NCBI GenBank assembly: GCA_036172245.1
Contig: JAYWIR010000064.1
Coordinates: 434,001 to 498,000, forward strand
Length of the DNA stretch: 64,000 nt
Reading direction: 5' to 3'
Source of the DNA: Raillietiella orientalis
Taxonomy: Eukaryota
Below the pieces are notes generated by a model. It was not told where the DNA came from, did no database searches, and worked only from the letters and a program-made list of their open reading frames with translations. A program made the position numbers and the translations under genes. Every line of letters starts with the position of its first letter. Positions within the stretch are counted from its first letter, which is position 1. Of this stretch, positions 12,104 to 23,400 are shown piece after piece.

Positions 12104-13955
12104 CTTTCGTATTGGGGAAGAGTTGTGGCGAAATCGAGATTCATTGCTCGAATGACGCTTAGTTCATTAGGATTAAATCTGTATGTAGGGATATGTAACG
12201 CGATTCCATCCCATGCGTATTAAGGAAAGCAAGAATCCGGATACACATGTGTGTGTATGTGTGTGTGTTCTCGGAGATGCAAGATAACAAAAAGAGCTAT
12301 GAGCGTAGGGATGGCTTCTACCGGTTTTCCTACTAGGCTAGGATTGGTTTGTCAAATCTGGCATAGGTGGGACACACTTTCCTATGGCTCTTGAGGAATA
12401 ATGTTCCCGTCCTCAAGAAGCGAGTGTGAGGTGGGAACGAATGTAAGGGATTTTGGGATAGGGAAAGTGGGGAAAACTTGGAAATGTTTCGACGAGACGC
12501 TTTCTTAGCAGAATAGAAGATCAGGTCTTTTCGTCTACTAGGAAACGGCTGCAGAGTTTGCACTTGCTGCTCAGGCAACATAATAATCAGCTTTTTAATT
12601 GGTAGCTAAGATGGAAGAGTGTATTAGGCAAAGCTTCCTTGTTGGAACGCACACTACCGGCGTACGGTGTTTGCTTTTTTCCTTCCGAAGGGATCTGCAT
12701 TGATTCCTTTTTCAAGACTGCCGACAAGATGCTCACTGATGGCAGCTGAATCGATGAGAGTGAAACGTTGGATGGTGATACAGGTGATGGCATGATGAAA
12801 GGGGGTATGCCTCCTTATCGATATGCCAGGATGATGTCCAGGTGTTGAAGAATTCTATTTCATCTCCACAATGCTTCTCGTATTAAGGGAGGAGGGAGGA
12901 GGATCATTGAGGTATTTGGGGGGTGTAACGATGAGGGTAAAGGAAATGCATGCAAAGATATTCAGCATTTCGAAAAATGCAAACACATCCTTCAATGATC
13001 GGCAGAATATTAAGCACGCGTGGAATTGGAAAACCCTGAATGAGAATCCAACAGAAGGATCCAAAACAAATGGAAGTAGAAAAGTAGAGGACTTGTAATG
13101 AGCAACGATCAACAGAACACGTTTCTTTCCTAGGGAATATTATCAATATTAACTCTGTCAAGCAATGGCTTCCGTTTTAACTTAGCAACAAGCAAAGCAA
13201 AGCAAACCAAACCAAAAAAAGCATCGATTTCATGCACACGCTGGAGATTTCAGAAAACTGTCAGCGGTAATTTAGGAATACCATTTGGGCAATAAGGCGG
13301 AGAACCCATTAACCTGCCGGATCACCTCTAGGCTTATTCTTGCAAATCGGAAAATACACATTGTGATACTTTAGAATGCCGAAAGCAAAAAGCCGAAGTA
13401 CATTGCCGAATGAGCAGCAAAATAAACTTCAGAAAACAGAATTTCATCATCTCTCTTAGTTGTCCATCTTTGTGATTTCAGCGGGATTCCACATGGGACG
13501 AACATATAACACACAGCATTCAATATCTTCACGCCGTCTGAAATAGAGGGGGGAGGGGGGGGGAGAGAGAGAGAGAGAGAATTTCCATCCGAATGAGAAT
13601 GAATACAGAAAAGAGGATGTCGTGTTCCTATTTCAAAGTACACATGCATTTCTTTCAAGCATGTATATGATGAATAAAAAAAATGACCACAAAAGGTGGT
13701 TGAAGGAAAATACCCTTCCCAAACAAGCGTACTAAAAATGAACTAAGTAAGAATATTTATTATAAAAGACATATTCTGGATAGGAAATATGTAGGATAAT
13801 GTAATGGATGTAATCAGATGTGATTGTGGGAAGAGGGCGGAAGGAGGAATGGGAAGATGGAGTTCATGATGACTACTTTATTATATCATGAATAGCAGTG
13901 TTGGATGTTGAAGTTTCTAGAATTTTGTTCATTCTTAGATTACTTTTCTGAAATA

Positions 13956-13989
13956 AATTTCCTATCCTAAATAATTTCCTATCCTAAAT
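13956..13989. repeat. 17-bp direct tandem duplication
   Basis: AATTTCCTATCCTAAAT x2 (13956-13972, 13973-13989), just upstream of the structured element. Confidence 0.9.
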
Positions 13990-14039
13990 AATGTTACGCT
14001 ACCTGTGTTAAGTGAATGATTGAGCAAATGCATAGGGTC

Positions 14040-14870
14040 TGTAGGGAGAACCCACGAGGAACGAATCTGTAAATATTTTGACTTAGGTTTGTAGCCAGCA
14101 AGTCTGAACTCTTTACTAGCGGTGTTCTTCTCTCGGAACCCGCGTCGGAGGCCGTGTGGTTACGGTGGTCTCCTTTCGCGTGGCACCATGCGTCGTGGGT
14201 TCGAATACTCCGAAAGGAATCGACTCACTGCTTCGTGGGTTCAGAGTTCACCCCACAAGATGATGCCTACATTCATCCGGGTGCAACACTGGTAGCGGTT
14301 AAAACCGGATGCACCCGATGAGGGCCGGGACAAATGGGAGTCGACCTCCGGGTCCTTCCAGGAATCACGGAGTGGGGAATCACCCCTCTGGTTGTGAAGG
14401 AGAGAACCCCCTATTCCGGGAGGACCCTCTGCGTCGCACTGATGACGTAGGTGTGTCGCCACCACCTCTCCAGGGAGTGCAGAGACGCGAACGGATTCCT
14501 TCGGAGAAGCTGCGTCCTTCTGAATTTCGAAGCGTCACCTTCTGGGTTCTCTTCAGAGGAGGAAAAACAGGATCGGATCCCTTCCGGGTTCCTTTCAGAG
14601 AAGAAAGAATGGAGCGGACTCCTCCAAGAGTCTCTTCGGAGAGAATAAGGAAAGAGATTCCCTATTGGATTCCCCTTCGGAGACAACCAGGGTGGGGGTG
14701 ATTTCCGGGGATCCCTTCCCAGGTGTGTGAGGAACGGACTCCGAGTCCTTCCTGGATTCATAAGGCGGACCCCTCCCGGGGTACCTCCTGTCTTGAAGAA
14801 TTACCCACCCTCGGGTGGCGTTGGACCGTGTCAAAGAACTGTGAAGACAGAAAAGAAGGATTTCCATCTT
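14040..14870 (+). ncRNA. Unidentified highly structured RNA-like element
   Basis: At least a dozen consecutive stems with plus-strand G-U wobbles, a GAAA tetraloop (14209-14218) and a C(UUCG)G tetraloop (14631-14642). No credible ORF. Boundaries approximate. Confidence 0.5.
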
Positions 14871-17800
14871 TCAGATCTCATTTCTAATAGGTTGAAATAC
14901 TTAAAAGTGAATACCCTTAATTGTTTCAGTTCTTAACTTCAATTATTTCTAGGGTAGATCATCCTCCTCGTTTATAGTTCCTTATTTTTGAAAAAAAGTC
15001 TGAATTCCGGAATGTTGATTTTTCAAGCTGAAAAAGGAGTTATCCTTCCCCCTCTTCTCTGGGGCACAAGTGACTGGCATTCTATTCCATGAGTGTTATA
15101 GCAGATATTCATCAGGAATATCCAGTATCTTACTTCGGTTTCGTATCCATCTGAATGTTTTGCTGCATTTTTTGCAGAGTAATGTTTCATAGCCCTCTTC
15201 ATGTTTCATGTAAAGTATTGACACCGAAGTCATGCTGCTGCATTTCCTCCGTCACCCGATGCACTCCTCGTGTCTCATTACACCACATACTGTCCTCAGT
15301 TCTCGTTTCCATTTCCTAAATGCATCTGTGGTCTCTCAGCATATGATGATGGTTTGTCAATTACTTATCTCATGTGACACTGATCCAGATAAATTGAAAA
15401 ACTGCGAGTGAGATTTAGCTGAAAGTTTTAATCATCCCCGGAATGAATCCGTGATAGCTTACAGAACACCAATGATAAAGTAGCAGTGCGAGGGTTGTAA
15501 TAACTGCATTCAACATTCAAAACAGTGAATTAATTGCAAAGAAAAAGTCTACAGTTTCCAAAAGGGTCTGGGCATAGAGATGCAACCGAGGTTACGTCGA
15601 AAATATAAATTAATACAAGCCCTGCTTCTTCTGATGTTTTTCCGGCCACCTGATTACCGATTCGGATCTTCCAATACGATACTAGTTACGCAAATATTTA
15701 TAAATGAGATATCTAGAAACCAAAATGAGTAGTAGTATCTTTCTTGCGGAGGCGACGGTGATACGAGACACAATCTGTACACAATCTGAGCCTGGTCTGG
15801 TCATCAAATCGCCTTGTGTACAAAGAGCTTTTCAGACTTGTTTTCTTGTGTACTCTTTATCTGCCTCGGTCAGTCTCTTAGCAATGAGTAATTGAATTGT
15901 CAAAAGACTTAGCCAACACAACAAAATCAAAAGAAATGAGCTTGAAGAACTCTGTGCTGCCATAGCATCAGGAAGCAAGATCCTTCATAGTTACAGCTTC
16001 ATTACTTTTCCTTCAGTAGAAATGTTCTGATGGGAGCACGCATTTCATCTCACCCAGCTTGAAAAGCTGCAATTAAGTGTTGATGATAATTAGTTTTAAT
16101 CCAACCCTATGTCCACCTAAACGTGAAGGAAGCTCTGAATATATTAGCAAATAAATGGTTGCATATCATAATTGTTTAAATATACACAGTCGCAGATATC
16201 TGTATTCCCATGCAGACTCCTGATTAAGGTGCTCATAGTAAATTTTCTTCCAAAGGTTGAAGCCCTCTAGCAATTCGTGCTAGCAGATCTCCAAGTGCAT
16301 GCCTCAGTCCCGGAACTCATTCAAAGAATTATCGTTACAACGTTAACATCTTTCCTATTCATGAGGTACAAATTATACTTTTCGAATGAATCTGAAAATC
16401 ACAATCTGAAATGCAGTTTAAAAAAATTGCCTAATTCTGATCTCCAATCCTTATAGACTTTATCTAGAATTTTATTTTTTTCCTACCAGCAGCCGCATGT
16501 TTACAAATCTTGCAATTCCTCAGACATCAATCACATTTATGTGTTTTTTTCTCTACTCATATGTTAACATTAATATGGAAATATTAAAGGATAACACATC
16601 ACAAACAGCTTCAAAAGAGCAATTCCCTTATAATAAAAGAGATTTGTAGCATTGCTTGAGGGACACATTAGGTCGTTCCAAGTGGCTTTAGTCCGCACTC
16701 GCCCTACGCTCCATTTCATTGCCCATTTTCTACCACCTGGATAAACATGCAGATTTTTCAGATAAACCATAGATTAAAAATCATGTTCGATTATATGTCA
16801 GAATAACTTTTGTTCTTGCTTGATGAAATGGATAATAAAATGCACGTTCTTCTTAATTACAATATTGTCTTCTGGACGAGCAAAAACTGTGTGGATTTAG
16901 AAAAGTTTTATTTTATTCTTACAATAAAAGAGAATATCTGAGTCTGCAAAAAGAGATTACCAGTTGAATGATTCAGGGAAAATCAAAGCTGACTAGCTAA
17001 GTTTTCCCTACATCCGACAAGCGGAGGGGTGAATTTATTTGCATTCTTTTAGACAATTGAAATTTAAACAGACTCCATAAAAATTTCATTATCCTGCACA
17101 CTATACCAGTCGCATTTTCTTTAGTGGTGGATAGGGAATCATTTCAACTGTCTGGAGCGGAATCGTTGATTCTCTTTGAAATGCGTCGATACGTTCAGGC
17201 TGGTATCCTTCCGCAATTCCTAATCCCGATTCCTTTTTGTACAAGTCTCTTGAGGATTTCTACGGCCGGTATTGCTTGCTGGGGTACTTGAACCTTCTCT
17301 CTTCTCATTATAGCTGCTGTGATGAAGAGGGCAAGTGTGGTTCGAACCATTGGATTGTACAGGGGCACGTTTCCGTTCCCCTGAAACAAGCCCGCCAGAA
17401 TCTCCATCTTCCTGCTTCTGTGCAGGCCGGTCACCGCCTTCACCGCCTGCCAATCAGGTCGAAGCGTAGGGCAAATGAACAAGTGAAGCTGCTCTTCTTC
17501 GGCTACATAAGCCTTGCAGAGTACATCTTGCATGTCCAGTGTCGAAGTTTCAGGAGTCACTCAGGATCCTTCTATGATAGAACAATAAATAAGAGGTCCT
17601 CCAGGGTGCTCGGGGGAAGGTCAGCCCTCCAGAGTGCATCTCCAACCGCTTGCACGTTTGCATGTGAGCATCCATAGAGACTTAAAGATGCATCGAGGGC
17701 ATCATCATCTTGGTATTCCTTCAAGATTTCTTCTTTTATGTTGGCTTTGGTCATCAGCAGCCATGCCTGGTGTGGCAGCTGTTTCCACAGCTCCCGCGTT

Positions 17801-18188
17801 CTATGGCTGAACTTTCATTTCATTCCTTTGCAAAATCGAAACGGTCATGCTTGGTGACAATCGCCACTGGTGGCCAACTGTTCGCGATTTTCCATTCTCA
17901 ACCTTGGCCTCTGGTGTGTTCAAATAGAAGTTTCCCCTGGAACAAGGATAAAGTAGAGTATCACCAGAACTAGTTCTTCCCAAATTTCTCTACTCCTAGG
18001 CACGATCTTGAATTGATGAAGTCTCACGAGTGCCTGTTTCCTCTTCCAAGTGGGATCTGTGTTCACCCACTCTCCAGTGGCGCATCAGTCAGACACCAGG
18101 CCTCTAGAGTTCAGCAACTTCGAGTAGGCTCTTTGCACTGCAAAAGTTTACTCGTCCCATTTCTCGGTGGGCTGCAGAAGTTGCCGTG

Positions 18189-18831
18189 TGTTACGACTTA
18201 TCTAACCTTATATCAGAGCGACGGGCGATTTGCATTCAATGATTATTATATTCAATTTAGCTCTCTTAAATAAATTTACCATTAAATCCTATTTCAATAT
18301 AAAATTACATGCATATATCCAAACCTAAAATATTGTAGCTCACTAAATATTCTTTTTCATGATGCATCTTGATTAAAACTTGCAATTACTCTGTATTAAG
18401 AAAATTAATTACTCCTAAATAATCAAATCAAGGGTATATAAACACCAAAAAAGTAATTTCCTCGCGGATTATCATTTATTAAGCAAACTCCCCTAATAAT
18501 CCTCATTACCACCAATTCATATAAGTCTTCCTCCCTACTTTTTAATATCCACTATTCATATTAGAGTGCCTAATTCTATTTTATGAATGATAGCTTATTA
18601 AAAATTAATATTTATACATAAAACCAAAAATTTTTATTTCAAATTAATAAAATATTAATATTGATTTAACTCTTACGTTTAACCGCTACTGCTGGCACGC
18701 ATATTAGCAAAATTTTAAATAATTACTAATTCAATTTTTTTATGATTAAAATTAAATAGTACATATTTTATTTTCAAAATTTATATATACCTCATTATTT
18801 CAATTAATATTAAATCACATGTAAAAATTAT
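18189..18831 (-). rRNA. rrnS: Mitochondrial 12S rRNA (rrnS) pseudogene, NUMT, 3'-truncated
   Basis: Conserved 12S blocks as reverse complement: TGTTACGACTTATCT (18189), AGAGCGACGGGCGAT, and AACCGCTACTGCTGGCACG (~18681-18699). Extremely AT-rich. Confidence 0.93.
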
Positions 18832-18893
18832 TACTAACAGCTTCAAGCATAATTAAATCCTAAATTTAATACATACATTTCTGTCATATTAGT
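18832..18893 (-). tRNA. trnL1: Mitochondrial tRNA-Leu(UAG) within the NUMT
   Basis: ACTAATA TG ACA GAAATGTA TGT A TTAAA TTTAGGA TTTAA TTAT GCT TGA AGC TGTTAGT A: 7-bp acceptor stem, 5-bp anticodon stem, anticodon TAG (18860-18862), short T arm. Confidence 0.88.
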
Positions 18894-18904
18894 TTTTAAT
18901 TTAA

Positions 18905-18958
18905 ACAAGAAATTTTCCTTTTTGGTGTAAACAAAATATTCTATTAAACTACTTCTCG
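18905..18958 (-). tRNA. trnV: Mitochondrial tRNA-Val(UAC), T-armless, within the NUMT
   Basis: CGAGAAG TA GTTT AATA GAAT A TTTTG TTTACAC CAAAA AGGAAAA TTTCTTG T: anticodon TAC (18927-18929), TV-replacement loop instead of a T arm, 54 nt. Confidence 0.85.
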
Positions 18959-20250
18959 CTTAACTATCTCTCTCTGCACTCTTAGAGCACTCTAACAACA
19001 TTCCATTCCCACCTTCCTCTCGAGGAGGCACAAAAGTTTGAGCTTATCCCCAGGCTTGAATTCTTTCCATAGTATTTTTCCTTGGATTTTTTCAATTTCC
19101 GCATGATTCTTCTTGTCCAAGGACGGCTCCATAGAACACCTTAGGAAGTAGGACGCTACTCCATAAGGTGGCCCTCTGCTTCATGTTGAAGTCGACTTGA
19201 ATGAACTTCGTCTCCTGAATTTTCCCTAGGATTTCTTTCCATACCTTTTGCTAAGAGGAAGCGTCGTCAAGCTGGATACCCAGGTACTTCACTTGTGCCG
19301 CTAGAAATCCTTCCTCCATTAACGTGGAGAGAACCAGGATTCCGATAGGCAGCAGGTAGCTTTTCTGGGCACTGATTTTCAAACCCAATCCCGTTTTCAT
19401 TCATTCGACTACATAGCTGAATTTTACCCCTGTAAAATGAATTTTCGTGGCAAATCCAAAGCACAGGATTCCTCTCTCCCTCCCTCTCTATGTTTACTTC
19501 TTCACTAATCATAGACTGACACTGGTAACCTCGCCCACATCAACTCAGTTTTCCTCAAAATAGATAAATTGATAACTATTCGGTTGAGAGTCTTCTAGAA
19601 ATCACCATATATTGTGAAGTCTGCTATTCACTTTGCGTCAGAATCATCAAAAAATTGATCTATCAAATTTATAGGAACGAAAGAGATGGAAGATGTAATG
19701 CTGGTCTACCCCAAATTTTTGGAATAATACCCCTAATTTTTGGTTCTAAAATGGGTGCTTCTCTACGTTGCTTTTGAAAAATTTTTCTTTGACTGACGTT
19801 TATTAGAATATGGTTTCACTATTCACTCAAATGACTTGAGGTGATGGAATTGTCAAGATGTGAAAGTTCCTGTTGACATTGTCTCCAAATCAGTATTTGA
19901 AAAAAATTGAGTCTGATTACTATGTAATTTACAGTGGGATAAAAAATGAGGTATCCATGTTTTTAATAGCAAAATTTTTTCAAACAAGATCAAGGTTGGG
20001 ATTGTTGATTCTTTCCAGACTTTGAAAATCGTTTTTAGATTCTTTATCGTGAAATTCATAAAGTGGATAGTTTATTAATGCTTTAATTGTCATTTTTTCA
20101 ATTTCCTTAATTGCATACAGGTATTATAGCTTTTTAGCCTATTGTCTAAGATGGATGTGCAATCAAACAGACATTAATAGAAATGTGTAAACAAATATCA
20201 CTGGACAAAAATTGCAACCTGCTCGTTGTACTGATAGTCCTGCTGTGTAA

Positions 20251-20270
20251 TGACGTCACATATTTTCAAA
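20251..20270. promoter_or_regulatory. CRE palindrome plus inverted CHR-like motif upstream of the MadBub gene
   Basis: TGACGTCA at 20251-20258 and TTCAAA (reverse of TTTGAA) at 20265-20270, ~140 bp before the inferred ATG. Short motifs; could be chance. Confidence 0.3.
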
Positions 20271-20404
20271 TTTAACTTTTATTCACGGTAAAATGTACTT
20301 GGATGTTCCATGTAAGTGCGAGTGCAGCTGTAGGAGTAATCTCATGTGATGATTTTCAAATGACTGTAATATTAATTTTGTTTTTGATCTGATAAAAGTG
20401 ACAT

Positions 20405-23400
20405 ATGATTAGCCAAAGTATGCCTGATTTTCTTTATGATAAAGAAAACATACCTCCCAACATTCTAAATAATCAGGACTCACAGTTGAAGAAAACCACG
20501 AGAGAGGAATGGTATGTTATTTTGCATTCACATTAGAGAAGTAAGCAAAAATTTTTCAGTGACATCAAATTGAGCTGCAAGCAATATGATGAGGAATCCC
20601 TTTTGAACAAACTGTATGGTGACATACTGTTATTAGAACAATCCGGTGCAGACGACAATCAGGAGTTGATATCCTTGCTTAGTCATTGTGTTTCTAAATT
20701 TCAAACAGAACAGTTTTCTAATAACAATACTTATTGGGAGATTGTTAAAAAATATGTATGTATGATGCATTATAAATGGCTTGCATCTAGTTTTAAATTG
20801 AACTTTAATTATTCAAGACCAATTTAAAATGCTGGGCATGAATTTCTAATCTGTCTCTTAAAACGGTCTAGGCACACTCAAAAGGAAATGCTATAGATGT
20901 GTATCGTAAATTCTACAGCAAAGGATTTTTTAAGAAATTGGCCGATTTTTACATCACTTTTGCTTTAGAAATTGAAAAAATTGAAAATCCTTTTGCCTGT
21001 CAGTTGTTATATAAAGAAGGTTGCAGTAAATGTGGTAATGTTGAATTATTACAAGAGGCATACAGGTCTTGTTTTATGCTGGATTTAGTAATAATAAACT
21101 CAAGATTCTTTGCAGGAACTTTGAGCTAAGAAATCAAGGAAAAATTGAAAAGGACCCACTGGCCGAATTTTATAAAAAAATTTTAGTTTTTGAAAACAAT
21201 TACGATAAAAGTAGGGATCAAGAATTCAAGACACTTATTGAGCAATCTTCCACGATATTTCGATATTTTGAAGAATATAAGAATGATAGAAGGTATTGGA
21301 ATATCATAAGACGATATGTAAGTTAAGGAAAGTCATATTTTTGATACTTTTTTTTTACATATGATACTTAGCATTTATTTTAGGCTGAGATGAATGGAAA
21401 ACAAATTCATCTTTACAATGCATTCTATAAAAGAGGATACTTTAGAAGTCTTGGGGATTTTTATTTATGTTTCACAGCAGAATTAGAAAGGCATGGAAAA
21501 TATAGTGAATGTCGAGCAATCTTTCAAGAAGCCCTAAGTAGGAAGCTTGATAATGTAGAACAAGTTAGTTCTGCATTTAGGTAGTTGAAGATTATTCATA
21601 CATAATGTAATGGATTGGGTTTAGGGATTTTGAACTAAGGTATGGATCAAAGGAAAGTGGAATTATGGTTTGTCAGCAAGCAGGAAATTTAACTCTGGAA
21701 GTTCATGATGACCTTTTACACAGCGCACATAAGAATGCTAATCCATCTGTTCCGCTGCAAGTATTTCAGGTAGGAAAAGATAGGTGATTTTTTTTTAAAT
21801 TGAAGATGTAATAGGATGTGGAATACAAAACACCATCAGTGCCTGGTGACTCAAGTGATGCACGATGCTGTTCAAGGAATCATGGGAAAACTGTTCCTGA
21901 CTATAAATACAGCCTGGAAGAAATCCAAAGTCAGAAGTATTTGCATGCTTTAAGTATGGGGAAAAAATTATCTCATTTGATAAAAGCATTGGGATCTGTA
22001 GTGCATCAGAATCAGCAACAAATGGAGGAATACTTTCACAAACAATTCCATATTCAACAAAGTGAAATGAAAAGATTGGAAGATGTAATTGAAATGCAGC
22101 AAAAACAGTTGCAAAAGATGGAAGCGTCTTTTCATTATTTTGATAGTTCATTGCAACTAATGAAGGAAGAAATAACCACATTGCAAGAGGAATTCAGGGA
22201 AAGTTTAGAATTGATCAGTTGCAGTGATCAAATGCAAACATTGAATGCACTTGAAAAAGTTCAGGGTGAAATTCAAACGCTCTTTGCTCTTTGCAATAAA
22301 CTGGAAACCAAGCAGTTAGACATCAAGGGTTTGAGCAAGAAAATTATATTTGTGCCTGAGGATCAGCATGGATTGAGAAATAAGATTGGATTCAGTGAGA
22401 CATCAACTGTACAAAGTATTAAAGATAGAGAAGGAGAAATCACTAACGAGCTTCATCCAAATTCTCTACTTACTCAGGTTAAGAATAAGTTCAGACTTCT
22501 CAAATAAGATTATTTAGGAAGTGCCAAATGCTGTCAGTCGTTTTTTCTTCAATAATATAGAAGCTAACAACAGTGGTTCGAGCCAAAATTCCTTGAAGCA
22601 AGAGAAACAGATGAATAGTGCTTATGATGAAGAATTCAAAGAAAACAAACCTCCATCAGACTATAAGCAGCTAGAAATGCAACGACCACCAGTGGGTGTT
22701 TTGCAACCCATAGAACATTTGTCTGGTTCCATGTACAGTTGTGACACACAGGTAGGCAGAACTATGTGAAGATACATGTTATTTATTGCCTCTCCAGAAA
22801 ACCAAGACTTTGAATAGGACAACCACAACTTTGACGAATCAATGCGAGGATTCAACTATCGTTTGTAATTTTGAAAATCTGCTGGCATCCACTCCTCTTG
22901 ATACCCCTCTCTGGTCATTGCAAAAGTAACAACTGCAACTGATTATGTTGATAAGTTTCTCGCCTTGTAGATCTGCAGGGAACAAAGACTACTTAAGGAA
23001 CAGAAGTATACTGTCAGTGATCACTGAAGGAAGCTCATCTGGCACACATACAGCTAGTCATTTATCTGAATGTAGTGTGGAGAATACATGCAGGCCTACA
23101 TCTACTAGAACTTTGCAGGAAGCTGAAAATTTTGTTGCTCAGAAAGATGCTCAGAAAGAGCAAAAGAAAGTTAATCCTTTTTGTCCAGAACTTCAAAATC
23201 TTCTTTTACAAAATCTCGTATTCCCCTTAAGTCAGCGACAAGGATATCACAATAAGAGCAATGATGTCTTGCAAACTAAAAGGATTAAGAGAATAAAATT
23301 AACAGGTTTTAGCTTTTTACATGTTCCTTTATTTTTTGTATTGTAGATCGGGAATTTGACTCTGTACGATTTGCTAAGTTAGGAGGATTTGCCAAAGTCT

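Larger units (their letters stand above)
17190..19520 (-). mobile_element. Decayed L1/Tx1-like LINE ORF2 (RT end to zf-RVT), interrupted by a NUMT
   Basis: Minus-strand motifs in order: GLKISAQKSYLLPIG, KYLGIQLDD, WKEILGKIQ...RATLWSSVLLPKVFY, PREEGGNG [NUMT] RQLLQPTEKW...LWRADLPP...VLCKAYVAEEEQLHLFICPTLRPDW. Confidence 0.8.

Noticed and set aside
11505..12144. Alternative ORFs 11505-12083 (+) and 11635-12144 (-)
   Set aside because: Shadow frames of the high-GC3 minus-strand exon.
13956..14095. Telomerase template (CCTATCCTAA; TTAGGTT)
   Set aside because: The first is imperfect and lies in the AT-rich flank. The second is on the wrong strand for a plus-strand RNA. No H/ACA domain or pseudoknot was established.
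14150..14215. tRNA or tRNA-derived SINE head (GGTTCGAAT B-box-like)
   Set aside because: No cloverleaf or acceptor stem, and the motif is part of a longer stem.
14154..14245. HDV-like ribozyme (L3-like TTCGCGT, P1-like GTGTGGT/ACCATGC)
   Set aside because: P3 has a mismatch, there is no C-N-R-A J4/2, and the putative P2 3' strand overlaps P4. A simple three-way junction explains the pairing.
14438..14560. Hammerhead cores (plus CTGATGA at ~14439; minus CTGAAGA...GAAA at ~14556-14525)
   Set aside because: The plus strand lacks GAAA after stem II. The minus strand cannot form stem I together with an NUH site.
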